Shown in pieces: positions 29,038 to 40,639 of a stretch of DNA of 64,000 nt. The position numbers and the translations under genes were made by a program. Source of the DNA: Eledone cirrhosa (Eukaryota). A model generated the notes under the pieces. The model searched no databases and was not told the origin of the DNA. It saw only the letters and a list, made by a program, of their open reading frames with translations. The stretch lies in NCBI GenBank assembly GCA_964016885.1, contig OZ024754.1, forward strand, positions 6,262,001 to 6,326,000. Reading direction: 5' to 3'. How positions within the stretch are numbered: position 1 is the first letter of the stretch; each line of letters begins with the position of its first letter.

Positions 29038-30659
29038 GATGCACTACGTGTGTACATGTATGTTCAACAACACAGATGCACGTTTGTATGTATTCAACAC
29101 AAATGCATGTGTGTGTGTGTTTAACACCACAAATGCCTATATATATGTAGATGCATGTGTGTGTGTTTAACACCACAAATGCCTATATATATATATATAT
29201 GTAGATGCATATGTGCGTGTTCAACACCACAAATGCATGCATATGTGTAGATGCATATGGGAGCATGCACACCAGGGTAATTAGTAAATGGAAAATAAAA
29301 AAAAAACATTGCAACAATAATAACAGGAAGAATGAAAGAAAGTATGTAAAAAAACGCATCATTAAATATGCAACAAATGGATCTTCTAAACAAGAAGCCT
29401 CCCACAAGATAACGCACCCAGTACACTCTGTAAAGTGGTCAGCATTAGGAAGGGCGTCTAATCATGGAAACCAAGCTAAAAGGGGAATGAGTGAACTCTT
29501 CAGTCATGTCAAAGAGAGAATTTTCCTTGTGTTGGTGCCACGATAATACAGTCTGTAAAGTGGTTGACATTAGGAAGGGCATCCAAGTATAGGAACCAAG
29601 TGAAAAACTGGAACATAAGTGAGATGTGGCCTATGGTCCATCTAGGAAGGAGGTAGCATCAATTAAGCAGTGACCTGTAACAACCTGTCAAACTCCTGCC
29701 AACGTTGAAAAGTGGACATAAAATATCAGAGAGAGAGAGAGAGAGAAAGAGAGAGACTGATAGCAGGGTTTCTATCTATCTAGGGCGGGGAAAATTCCCG
29801 AGATTATTCTTGAGTGTTAGAGCTCCTAAGTACACTGCCATTAGGGGCTCTAACACTAGTGCTGTTAAATACACACTCCATGGTTCTTTTCAATGGCTGA
29901 TAATACCATACCGGCACCACTCGAGTACGGTAATTATTCAACCCATAAATGGGGCCCTAACAGGTATTACTACTCTGGACCAAAGCAGATCTGGGAGTGA
30001 TAACAACTAAGGCGTAACTGCACATTCCCCACAGCTCCTGAACTCCCGAACTGGAACCTTGCCACTGGATGCAGTTTAATGAAATACCCAGGACATATAG
30101 CAGGGTTTAAAGCCCTCTAAAAAAATGGAAAAGGATGAATATTGAACATCAATACTCACCCTTTTCCATTTTTTTAGACAATTTTAAACCACACTATCAG
30201 GCTAAAATTTCTTTAGTCAAAAATACGGCGAAAGCTTCTGTTTCTACTAAATTTCAAACTTCGCTCATTGTTCTAAAACAAACTTATATAAATATATATA
30301 TATAGATATATCTATGATAAAAAGTGCCCAGCCGAAACTGTAAAGTGATCGTGTAGGTGTCACGACAAAAAACAGCCAGTCCACACTATTAACTGGCCAT
30401 GTAGATGTCACGACAAAATGCACCCAGTCCACATTGTAAATGTGGTTGGTGTTAGGAAGGGCGTCCAGCCATAGACTCCAAGCCAAAATGAATTCTGGCT
30501 TGTGTGTGTGATAAAAAAAAGGCAAATGTAGTTAAGGCTTTTGAATATGAATTTCAATACAGAAAAACTATAGTGACCTCGAGGAGTTAAATAAGGAGAT
30601 GAAACTGTCCATTTTTTCGTTGTCCTATGTGCTCCACTATATATATATATATTGAAAGG

Positions 30660-31462
30660 CAGATTGTATGATGCTTGTATACGAACAGCAATGCTACATG
30701 GCAGAGGAACTGCGTAGACTGGAAAGGAACGAAGCATGCATGCTCCGTTGGATGTGTAATAGTAATATACGCGAACGGCAAAGCATAAATGAACTAAGTG
30801 AGAAATTAAGAATAAGAGGGATCAGATGCTGTTTACCCGAGGGAAGACTACGTTGGTATGGTCACGTGATGCGCATGAAAGACGACAGCTGTATAAAAAA
30901 GTGCAGGGCGATCAAAATTGATGGTAGTTACGGAGTAGGTAGACCCAGAAAAACCTGGCACGACTTGATAAATTCCGACCTTACACACTTGCACCTCTCT
31001 AAGACAATGTCACTGGACCGAGATCTTTGGCGCTACGCAGTAATACAGAAGACCCGCCTTGCCTATGTACAAAGCGAAACCTACAGTCAGAAGGCACCTC
31101 TTAACCAAATATACACCCCAATCCACTACCCCTACCCTAACCACCCCCTCTCTATAAAGTTGGTACCACAACATCTAGTCCAAATAAATGAGATAAATGA
31201 GATCGAGATCGTGTAGGTGTCACGAGAAAAAAACACAGTCCATGCTGTAATGTGGCCGTGTAGGTAACACGGTAAAAAGTTCCCAGTTCCACACTGTAAA
31301 TGTGGTTGGTGTTAGGAAGGGCATCCAGCCGTAGAAAACCTGCCAGATAGTCCTATATGAGCGAGACATGGTCACCCGATCAACCTTGCCTCAAGTGCGA
31401 CAACTCCCATCTAACCCATGCTAGCGTGGAAAGTGGACGTTAAACGAGGATGATGATGATGA
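30660..31462 (+). mobile_element. RTE-clade LINE 3' fragment plus composite 3' tail
   Basis: Translation LERNEACMLRWMC...RLRWYGHVMRM...GRPRKTW is typical of the RTE ORF C-terminus. Ends in (GAT)n. Confidence 0.85.
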
Positions 31463-31463
31463 T

Positions 31464-31497
<34 letters not shown>

Positions 31498-31523
31498 TAT
31501 ATACATACACACATACACACATG

Positions 31524-31858
31524 TGAAGGCACATGGCATAGTGTTTCAAGTGTTGGGCTTGCAATGTAGAGGTTGTGTGTTCAATTCTCGAACCAGGTGA
31601 TGTATTATGTCCTTTAACAAGACACTTTATTTCATGTTGCCCCACCTGACTCAGCTGTAGAAGTTGTGACGTTGCTGGTGCCAAGCTGTATGGGCCATCG
31701 CCTTTCCCTTGGACAACATCAGTGGTGTGGAGAGGGAAGGCTGGTATGCATGGGCGACTGCTGGTCTTCAACAAACAAAACCTTGCCCAGGCTTGTGCCT
31801 TGGAGGGAAACTTTCTAGGTACAAAACCATGGTCATTCGTGACTGATGTGGGCCTCAA
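31524..31858 (+). mobile_element. tRNA/CORE-like SINE with a different 3' half
   Basis: Same head as 22889. Relatives at 17855, 19994 and 63250. Confidence 0.72.
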
Positions 31859-31974
31859 TATATATATAGAGAAAGAGAGGAAAGAGGGACAGAGAGAGAG
31901 AGATAGCTAGATAGCTAAAGAGATAGCTATAGACCCCATCTCACACCTGCTACTCCATCCTCCCATTTCTGTCC

Positions 31975-32447
31975 ACTGTAAAGTGGTCATGTAGGTGACA
32001 CGACAAAAGCATCCAGTCCACACTGTAATGTGGTCGTGTAGGAGACATAGTAAAAAGGCTCCCAGTCCACACTGTAATGAGGTCATGTAGGAGACATGGT
32101 AAAAAGGCTCCCAGTCCACACTGTAAAGTGGTAGTGTAGGAGCCACGACAAAATGCACCCAGTCCATACTGTAAAGTGGTCGTATGGTCATGTAGGAGAT
32201 GCAGTTAAAAGGCTCCCAGTCCACACTGTAAAGTGGTAGTGTAGGAGACACGACAAAAAGCACCCAGTACACACTGTAAAGTGGTCGTATGGTCATGTAG
32301 GAGACACAGTTAAAAGGCTCCCAGTCCACACTGTAAAGTGGTAGTGTAGGAGACACGACAAAAAGCACCCAGTACACACTGTAAAGTGGTCGTATGGTCA
32401 TGTAGGAGATGCAGTTAAAAGGCTCCCAGTCCACACTGTAAAGTGGT
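31975..32447. repeat. SINE-derived tandem array (about 48/57-bp alternating units)
   Basis: Repeated CCCAGTCCACACTGTAAAGTGGT running into GGAAGGGCATCC and an RTE-type tail. Confidence 0.88.
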
Positions 32448-33400
32448 TCATGTCAGGAAGGGCATCCAGCCATAGAAAACCTGCCAGTGAGGGCCACCGA
32501 CCAATCTTGCCTCAAGTGGAACAAAACCGTCCAACCCATGCTAGCGTGGAAGATGGACGTTAAACGACGATAATAATGATGTTGATGATAGATGCAAGAA
32601 GTTGGTAACCCCGAGGTTAACCTAAACTTACCAAGCAAGTCGGTGGCTAATATCTTGGCCCTAGGATTAAAGAAAAAAAAAATTAAAGGACAGGGTAGAA
32701 TAATGTAGCCCAAATGTGGTGGAACGACTTGTTAGGGGTGGGTGGATGTGATAGATTGTGAAGGATGTTAACACAGCTTATCAAGTAAGTATACTGAAAC
32801 AGATGTACCCAAAACACATGTATACACACAGCTGTGATGATGACATCACAATTGCCAACATAGATTACATTGATGTTGGTGAGGGAAGACATTCTTATAC
32901 GGATATTTAAACAATATACACAATCATATACACACACACATTATATATATATATATACCTCTCCAAGACAATGTCACTGAACCGAGATCTTTGGCGCTAC
33001 GCAGTAATACAGAAGAAACGCCTTGCCTATGTACAAAGCGAAACCTACAGTCAGTAGGCACCTCTTACCAAAATACACCCCCGTCCCACTACCCCACCCC
33101 CTTCCGATGTTAAGTTATGTTGGTACCACAACATCCAGTCCTAAATAAATGAGGTCGTGTAGGTGTCAAAAAAACAACAAAAAAACACAGTCCACGCTGT
33201 AATGTGGCCGTGTAGGTAACACAGTAAAAACCTCCCAGTCCACACTGTAAACGTGGTTGGTGTTAGGAAGGGCATCCAGCCGTAGAAAACCCGCCAGACA
33301 GTCCTATACGAGCAAGACAACCAATCTTGCCTCAAGTGGGAAAATTACCGTCCAAACCCATGCTAGCGTGGAAGATGGACGTTAAACGATGATGATGATG

Positions 33401-33791
33401 ATCATCATCATCACCGTTTTACGTCCGTTCTTCCACGCTAGCATGAGTTAGACGGGTTGTCCTGTTCTGGGCAGTTTCCGGTCGGCTGACCTTATCTTGC
33501 TCATACGGGAACTGAATCTGGGTTGATTTCTACAGCTGGATGCTCTTCCTAACACCAACCTCATTTACAGTGAGTGCTGGGTGCTTTTTTTTGCCATGGC
33601 ACCTCCACGACCACTTTGCAGTAGAATGATAGGGACCTCAGTCCTATCATCTCATTTCTACAGCTGAGTAAACTGGAGCAATGTGAAATAAAGTGTCTTG
33701 CTCAAGGAAACAACATCCCCCGGTCTGAGAATTGAACTCCCAACCTTTCGATTGCAAGGCCAATGCTCTAACCAATAAGCCATGTGCTTCC
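33401..33791 (-). mobile_element. same modular SINE family
   Basis: Reverse complement of 22889-23231 with a longer tail segment. Confidence 0.82.
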
Positions 33792-33827
33792 ATTCAGCCA
33801 CATTATATATATATATATATATATATG

Positions 33828-34172
33828 CAGTGTCAATGTGCGTGACGACCCAGCATGAATGTGTTGAGAGAGAAACTGTTTCCAAGAGGGATAGAATGTA
33901 GTGTACGGGAGAGGAGACTGAGGTGGTATAGACATGTGATGCGCATGGAGGATGACCGATGGGTGAAGAAGTGCCAGGAAATGCCAGTTGAAGGAAGACG
34001 TGGTAGAGGTAGACCACGAAAAACATGGGCGGAGGTGGTGAGAGCAGACCTCAGATCACTGAAGCTCACGGTGGAGATAACGAAGGACCGTGACAAGTGG
34101 AGAGATGCTGTGCTGAATAAGACCCGTCCCACCCTTGCAAGCAGGGAAGAGCGGACGTAAAATGATGATGAT
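33828..34172 (+). mobile_element. RTE-clade LINE 3' fragment
   Basis: RRLRWYRHVMRMEDDRWVKKC...RGRGRPRKTW, (GAT)n tail. Relatives at 5175-5520, 9565-9710, 19200-19455, 40010-40225, 40230-40426 (-) and 43204-43680. Confidence 0.87.
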
Positions 34173-34357
34173 ACACACACATACATAACATATATATAAC
34201 CACACACACATGTAACCTCACACACACATACAACACGAGAGAGGCAAGGGTTTTGTAGAAAACAGGACCAAACAGGAGGTAAAACATTAAACCAGGAGAA
34301 TCTGTCAAGGACAAGATAGTATACTGGTGATTGGGAAACAGTTCATTATTAGCAAAA

Positions 34358-34548
34358 GGGCGGTGGATTGGCAGTATCGGTAGAGGGTCGGAGGCCATGC
34401 TTTGACGCATAGAGTTACGGCCCTTGCCATTGTGAGTTCAAATCCTGCCGAGGTTAACTGTCTTTCATCCTTACGGGATCGATAAAATAAAGTACCAGTA
34501 ATGCACTGGGTTATTGCTGGCCTTGCGCCAAAGGTAGAAACAATTATT
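34358..34548 (+). mobile_element. SINE with Nin-like domain
   Basis: CTTTCATCCTTACGGG[G/A]TCGATAAAATAAAGTACCAG. Near-identical copies at 8980-9170, 16603-16790, 54313-54492, 54575-54748, 57645-57750 and 61415-61590. Confidence 0.78.
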
Positions 34549-35284
34549 AGCAAATCTTCACAGATGTATTAGATTCATTTACAATCGATCGAATGTGTGG
34601 GCGCACACAGACAGACAGACAGACAGACACACTGATATCATAAGCAGAGAATGCTGTGATACTTTGTAGAAAGCTAAGGCGGGGCCGGCTGTCACAACAC
34701 CACCCACCATTAAAGCGCAGTGTCGACGACCGATTTACAGTATCTAAGCTTCGAAAGAAAAAAGAAAAAAATGAGAAAAAAACCCAGACCAGTCTGTCTG
34801 ATGTACACATACACCCACTACAACGAACTTCCATCCAACAGAGGTTGTATTTTAGTTAAATACCCATAATGATAAATAAACCTTGGATATATATATATAT
34901 ATATTATATATATTATATATATATATTCAGGTATTTGTCACCGTGAGTGGATAGGTGTTGGCTCATCTAAATCAATCTGGATAGAATAAAACCAACATCT
35001 GTTATGGCAGTAAAATTATTCTACTACGTAGCCAGCTTCCATCACCGGGACGCCTTCCCACATTGAATTGCTGGTCCAGATTGAGGCCTAAATTGAGGTC
35101 CACACTCACCACAAACGGCATAATCAATTAATACAAGGCATTACTAATATCAAATACTAACGTAATAATGTCTGTTTGTGTCAGCAAAGCTTTCATTAAG
35201 CTTCAATGAATTTCCTCAGTGGAAAAAACAAACAATTTAAACATTGCTAAAAGCGTCCAACTTAGATGAAGAGTATCTGATCGC

Positions 35285-35325
<41 letters not shown>

Positions 35326-35452
35326 GTGTGTGTGTGTGTATGTAATAAACAACACAACAATACAATTATTCCATGTATTGTTTATTACATAATTAAATAG
35401 CTCTGTTCTATATATAGAGCACTTTCCTTTACATTTTCTACGGAAATACTTT

Positions 35453-35494
<42 letters not shown>

Positions 35495-35509
35495 GAGAGA
35501 GAGAGAGAC

Positions 35510-35682
35510 GGATGTGGTTGACGGCTGAGAGAAAGGAGAACTCAATACCGAAGTAGAGTTTTAATAGCGAGTCTTGTTACTCTGGAGATTCGCCTGTTTA
35601 TCAGAGGGTCATCAGATACAGGTTCTTATCTGATGACCCTCTGATAAACAGGCGAAACTCCAGAGTAACAAAACTCACTATT
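35510..35682. mobile_element. fold-back element with degenerate hammerhead motif
   Basis: 56-bp inverted arms (35563-35682), 8-nt loop, CTGATGA...CGAAACTCCAGAGTA. Lies between (GA)n and (TA)n. Confidence 0.55.
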
Positions 35683-35717
35683 CACCCTATATATATATAT
35701 ATATATATACATACATA

Positions 35718-35818
35718 CAGGGTGTCCCCAAAAATGTATACACACTATGATTACCTATACAGGCAATGTGTATTAGAATGCTGTTGTAGTATGTATACAT
35801 TTTATTGGGACTCCCTGT
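35718..35818. mobile_element. Tc1/mariner-type micro-MITE
   Basis: TIR CAGGGTGTCCCCAAAAATGTATACAC in TA-rich flanks. A second copy lies at about 36289-36363. Confidence 0.7.
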
Positions 35819-36244
35819 GTATATATATATATATACATACATACACACACATAAAATAAACAGCTTTGTGTCATAGCTCTAGGGGGTGGGGTTGCAGCAA
35901 AAAGGGTTAATGAATACATTTCTACTACTCCACATTCTTTATTCACAACATTCCTTTTATCCGACAAAATAGTGAGGGGTGGGGGTGAAGTTGTGCGCAC
36001 CCCCCCAACCGAAAAAAAAAATTTAATAGACAGAAAAAAGTCGGGGATCGGGAGAGTTCTCTGATTTAGACATCAACAAAACAGTAGCAAGTATGTGTCT
36101 CTGTGTGTGTATGTATGTATGTATATATATATATGTATATATACACACGCACACACAGAGAGACAGAGATAGTGGTTTGCTCGTTATCTCTGTATCCTAA
36201 GATTCTGTGTATGATTGTTGGGTGTTAGTATCTACATAGTGCAT

Positions 36245-36289
<45 letters not shown>

Positions 36290-36362
36290 GGTGTCCCCAA
36301 AATATGTATACACACCGATTAGAATGCTGCTGCAGTGTGTATACATTTTTGGGGGACATCCT

Positions 36363-36402
<40 letters not shown>

Positions 36403-36636
36403 GTGCATGTATTTATAAATAAATTTCTTGCATAACCCCATCTAGCAACGAAATAAGAGGTAAGCGAACACAGCAAACCTAAAACTACCTAAGGGTACAC
36501 CATACTAAATACAATTTACCCAGTTAAAAAACGTAACCTTTTAACACATTAAAACAAAAACCAACCCTGGAACTTATAATTAATGAATCTAAACTAAAAC
36601 CATAACAATTAAAAAAAAACTATTTTTACTATTATT

Positions 36637-36671
<35 letters not shown>

Positions 36672-36672
<1 letters not shown>

Positions 36673-36868
36673 TATTAAATTGTTAAACAATATTCGATGA
36701 TTATGTCAAAGAATGATTTTTACAGTAGATTGGAAGCACTCAACGAATAAATAAATTTTGAGGAGTTAATATAAGTATTAATAAAATAGATGTTCTTTTC
36801 ATCAATTATATTTTATTATAATAAAATGTAATTGATCAAAAGAACATCTATTTTATTAATACTTATAT
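36672..36868 (-). mobile_element. fold-back element related to 42715-43115 (100-bp palindrome 36769-36868 plus extension)
   Basis: Loopless palindrome with 2 mismatches. The minus strand aligns by eye to the sequence 3' of the 42.9-kb hammerhead. Confidence 0.55.
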
Positions 36869-36927
36869 ATATATATATAAACGCATCGTCTTATATATAT
36901 ATATATATATATATAAACGCATCGTCT

Positions 36928-36958
<31 letters not shown>

Positions 36959-37150
36959 TCTCGCGAGAACGAGAAGATGCAATTTCCTTTCTTGCTTTTA
37001 TAGAAATAGTGAAAATTCAATACAAAATTATGAATAACAGATGGGAAGGGTAATGGAGAGACGGAGTGGGGGAGAGGTTAACAGATTAGGGAGGAAGGAA
37101 GGTCTCGAGAAGTGAAGAGTATATTATGGGAATTGAATTATCTTCCCTCC

Positions 37151-37201
<51 letters not shown>

Positions 37202-37784
37202 TAGAATACAACAAATATAAGTGTTTATAACTGATTCAGAGCACTCGACAGCTTTCTGGAGTAAATATTCAATGATATTAAAATATTTAATATTGTATAT
37301 ATATATATATATATATATATACATTAATTATAAATACATACATACATATACATTATCTATCTATACATACACGTACAGACATATATATATATATATATGT
37401 ATGTGTGTATACAGTAGACTCTGACCCACGGGCCATCGAAGGGATCAGTAGCTCCATTTTAAAATTTAACATAATTGAAACATCGTCCAACCCATACTAG
37501 CAAAGATGGACGTTACATACACACGTGTCTGCTGCCTTCTAGGTAACATTTGGTAGACAGAAACTATGCGAAAGTCCGCCATACATATAATTTTATGTGT
37601 GTGTGTGTGTGTGTGTGCTATTTATTTGTTTATCCCATAGCTTAGTACTTCAACGACAGACATCTATAAAATATACAGCAAACTTTAAAGTTAGTACTAT
37701 GGTCCATAAATCAACTAAACCTCTTTGAAGTGGTGCCCCAGCATGGCCATAATCCAATGACTTAAACCAGTAAAAGATTAACAC

Positions 37785-37819
<35 letters not shown>

Positions 37820-37975
37820 ACACACAAGAGTGTATGTATGTATATATATATATATATTTTCCTGCTCTGTAAAACACCTGATGTTCTTACATTGAGCTAT
37901 TTCTCTTACTGGTAATGAGGTAGTAGGAAATTACTGACCTTTCCTCTTTATAGTATATACATAACTATAAATAGT

Positions 37976-38029
<54 letters not shown>

Positions 38030-40639
38030 TACACTCTTATTTCTGTATGCATTCGGTTTAGAATAGTCACCATATCCCAGCATGTCGTAAAAGGGTTAGT
38101 ATCAGGAAAAGCATTCAACTGTAAAAAGGTTGCCTCAAAAAATCCTGTCAAACCCATACCAGCATTGAAAAGTGAACGTAAGAATGATATTCATAATGAC
38201 TCCTGTGTGTTGATACCTAAACCATGACACACACACATAATTAAATCAGGGGTAATGAATCCTATACACAATTTACTAAATTTTCAGTCAGAGACTGAAA
38301 ACAGAGCCTCACGGCAATCGTTAGTGACTGAAGAAAGGGAGACAATTTTAAGAAACTAAGCATAAATCTTCGAAAGCATTCCAATGTTACAAAAAATATA
38401 TATATAAAAAAAAAAAAGGAACAATTGGATCTTTGTTTTGCAAACAGGACATGACTGTGGGGGGGTTTTGGTTTTATAACATCTACATAGTAGAATCATA
38501 CATAGAGAAAATAGTGTACAGCTCACATCTATACAAGTGCAGTTGGCCTTATTTAAAAAGGGTGCACTCATGGGTTTCTCATAATAGGGGCCCCAATCCT
38601 ATTATGAAAATCAAAGCGAAGCTTCTTGCTCAAGAATACAATGCACCATCTAGTCTAGAAATCGAACCCACGACCTTATGATTGTCAATCCAACACCTGA
38701 CTGCTGATAAGTTCTTTTTAATTTTGCCATATGGAAAGAAAGTTTAGTATAGTTTTCATTAAGATCATCGTTTGACATCAGCTTTCTCTGCTAACAAAGG
38801 TTGGGCAGGTCTACATAGACCAAGTTAAGTACTGAAGCTGGGCGACTGACCTCCAAGACAGGCCAGGGAGAGTCCGCATCCCACTTACATATGGTTTCAT
38901 CTTCTATCGAGTACACAGGAGAGGTTGTTATGTTTTTGACACAACTGGAGGGTCCTCCCAACCCTTTGGTAAGTTTTTTATGGTTGGATGCCCTTCTTAT
39001 CCCCAACCACATTACAGCATGTACTGAGTGCGTTTATCAATACTAGGGAGGCTGTCATGTCTTTGACAACTGAAGGGTCCTCCCTACCCTTTGTTTGGCA
39101 AACTTTCTACGGTTGGATGCCCTTCATATCACCAACCACTTTACAGTATTGCCTGCTTGTGTTTATCATTTAGATCACCAACACTAGGGAAACTGCTAAG
39201 GGTCCTCCCAGCCCTTTGTTTGGCAAGGTTTCTGTGGCTGCATGCACCTCCTATCACCAACCACTTTACAGCATGTACTGGATGCGTGCGTTTATCGTGT
39301 AGATCAACATTTGGGAGGCTGTTATATCCTAGACACAACTGAAGGGTCCTCCCAGCTCTGTTTGGCAAGGTTTATATAGCGATATGCCATTCCTATCACC
39401 AACCACTTTACAGCGTGTACTGGCTGTGATTATTGTGTAGAACATTAACACTAGAGATGTCGTGTCATGACACAATTGAAGAGTCCATTCAACCCATTTA
39501 TTTATAGGCATGGTTTCAACAGCGGGATGCCCTTGCTGTCGCCAACCACCTTACAGGGTGTACGAGTTGATCCTTGTCCAAACAGATGAGCCCTTTCTGC
39601 TCTGTGGGACAATAGGAGGGAGTCCAGAAATAATTTGCATAATTAAAACTAAAAGCTGAGAGAAATTACTTGAAGGAGCCAATGGTATAAATTTAGATAT
39701 CACAGATTGGCATACACAAATATATATATATTTATTTAATCTCTCTCCAAGTCAGGTGACAGAAAAAAGACCCTAATGGCAAACATTAGCAAATCTGAAG
39801 GAGAATACACACATATCTATATAAAAACAAAAAAGAGGTACAAAAAGTCTTAGTTTCATGTTTTAAATGGAAAAAGGGAAAGACAGTTTGACGTGTCGGT
39901 CTTTAGCCCTTCTTCAGGAATACAAAAATCGAGACAGATCACAAAGGATAGATACAGAAAATAAAAGGTAGTCAAAGTAAATACATACATACATATATGT
40001 ATGTATGTAGTGTGTAAGAGAGAAGACCGCTGGTTTAGACATGTGATGTGTATGGATGAAGGACACTGAGTGAAGATGCCAGTAGAAGGAAGCAGCAGTA
40101 AAGGAGGATGGAGAAAAACTATGAAGAGGTGATGATACAGGAACACAGCGAGGAGTGGAAGGAGGTTGTGTTGGGAGTACCTATCAAACTCATGCAAGTA
40201 TGGAGAAGCAGATGTATGATGATATATTTATCATCGTCATCATTTTTGTGTGTTTTTCTATGCTAGCATGAGTTGGATGGGTCTTTCTCAGCACGACATC
40301 TCTACTCGCAGTGATCCTTTGGTCATCATCTCTGAGTTTCAGTGATTTGAGGTCAGCTCTCACTACCTCTGCCCAGGTCTTTCTTGGTCTACATTTACTG
40401 CTGCTTCCTTCCACTTCCACTGACATTTCCTAGAACAACTTCATCCCCAACGATCGTTTCAGAGGGTAGATTGATCATGGTAGATAGATTGATTTACCAT
40501 AATCAACCAACTCTCTGAAAAGATTGTAAAACAATGAACTAATTAAGAACCTATCTTCAAAGTTTTATTTTCATTGTTCAACACACACACACACACACAC
40601 ATATATACACACTCTTCAAGACTGCATGAAGTAATGAAG

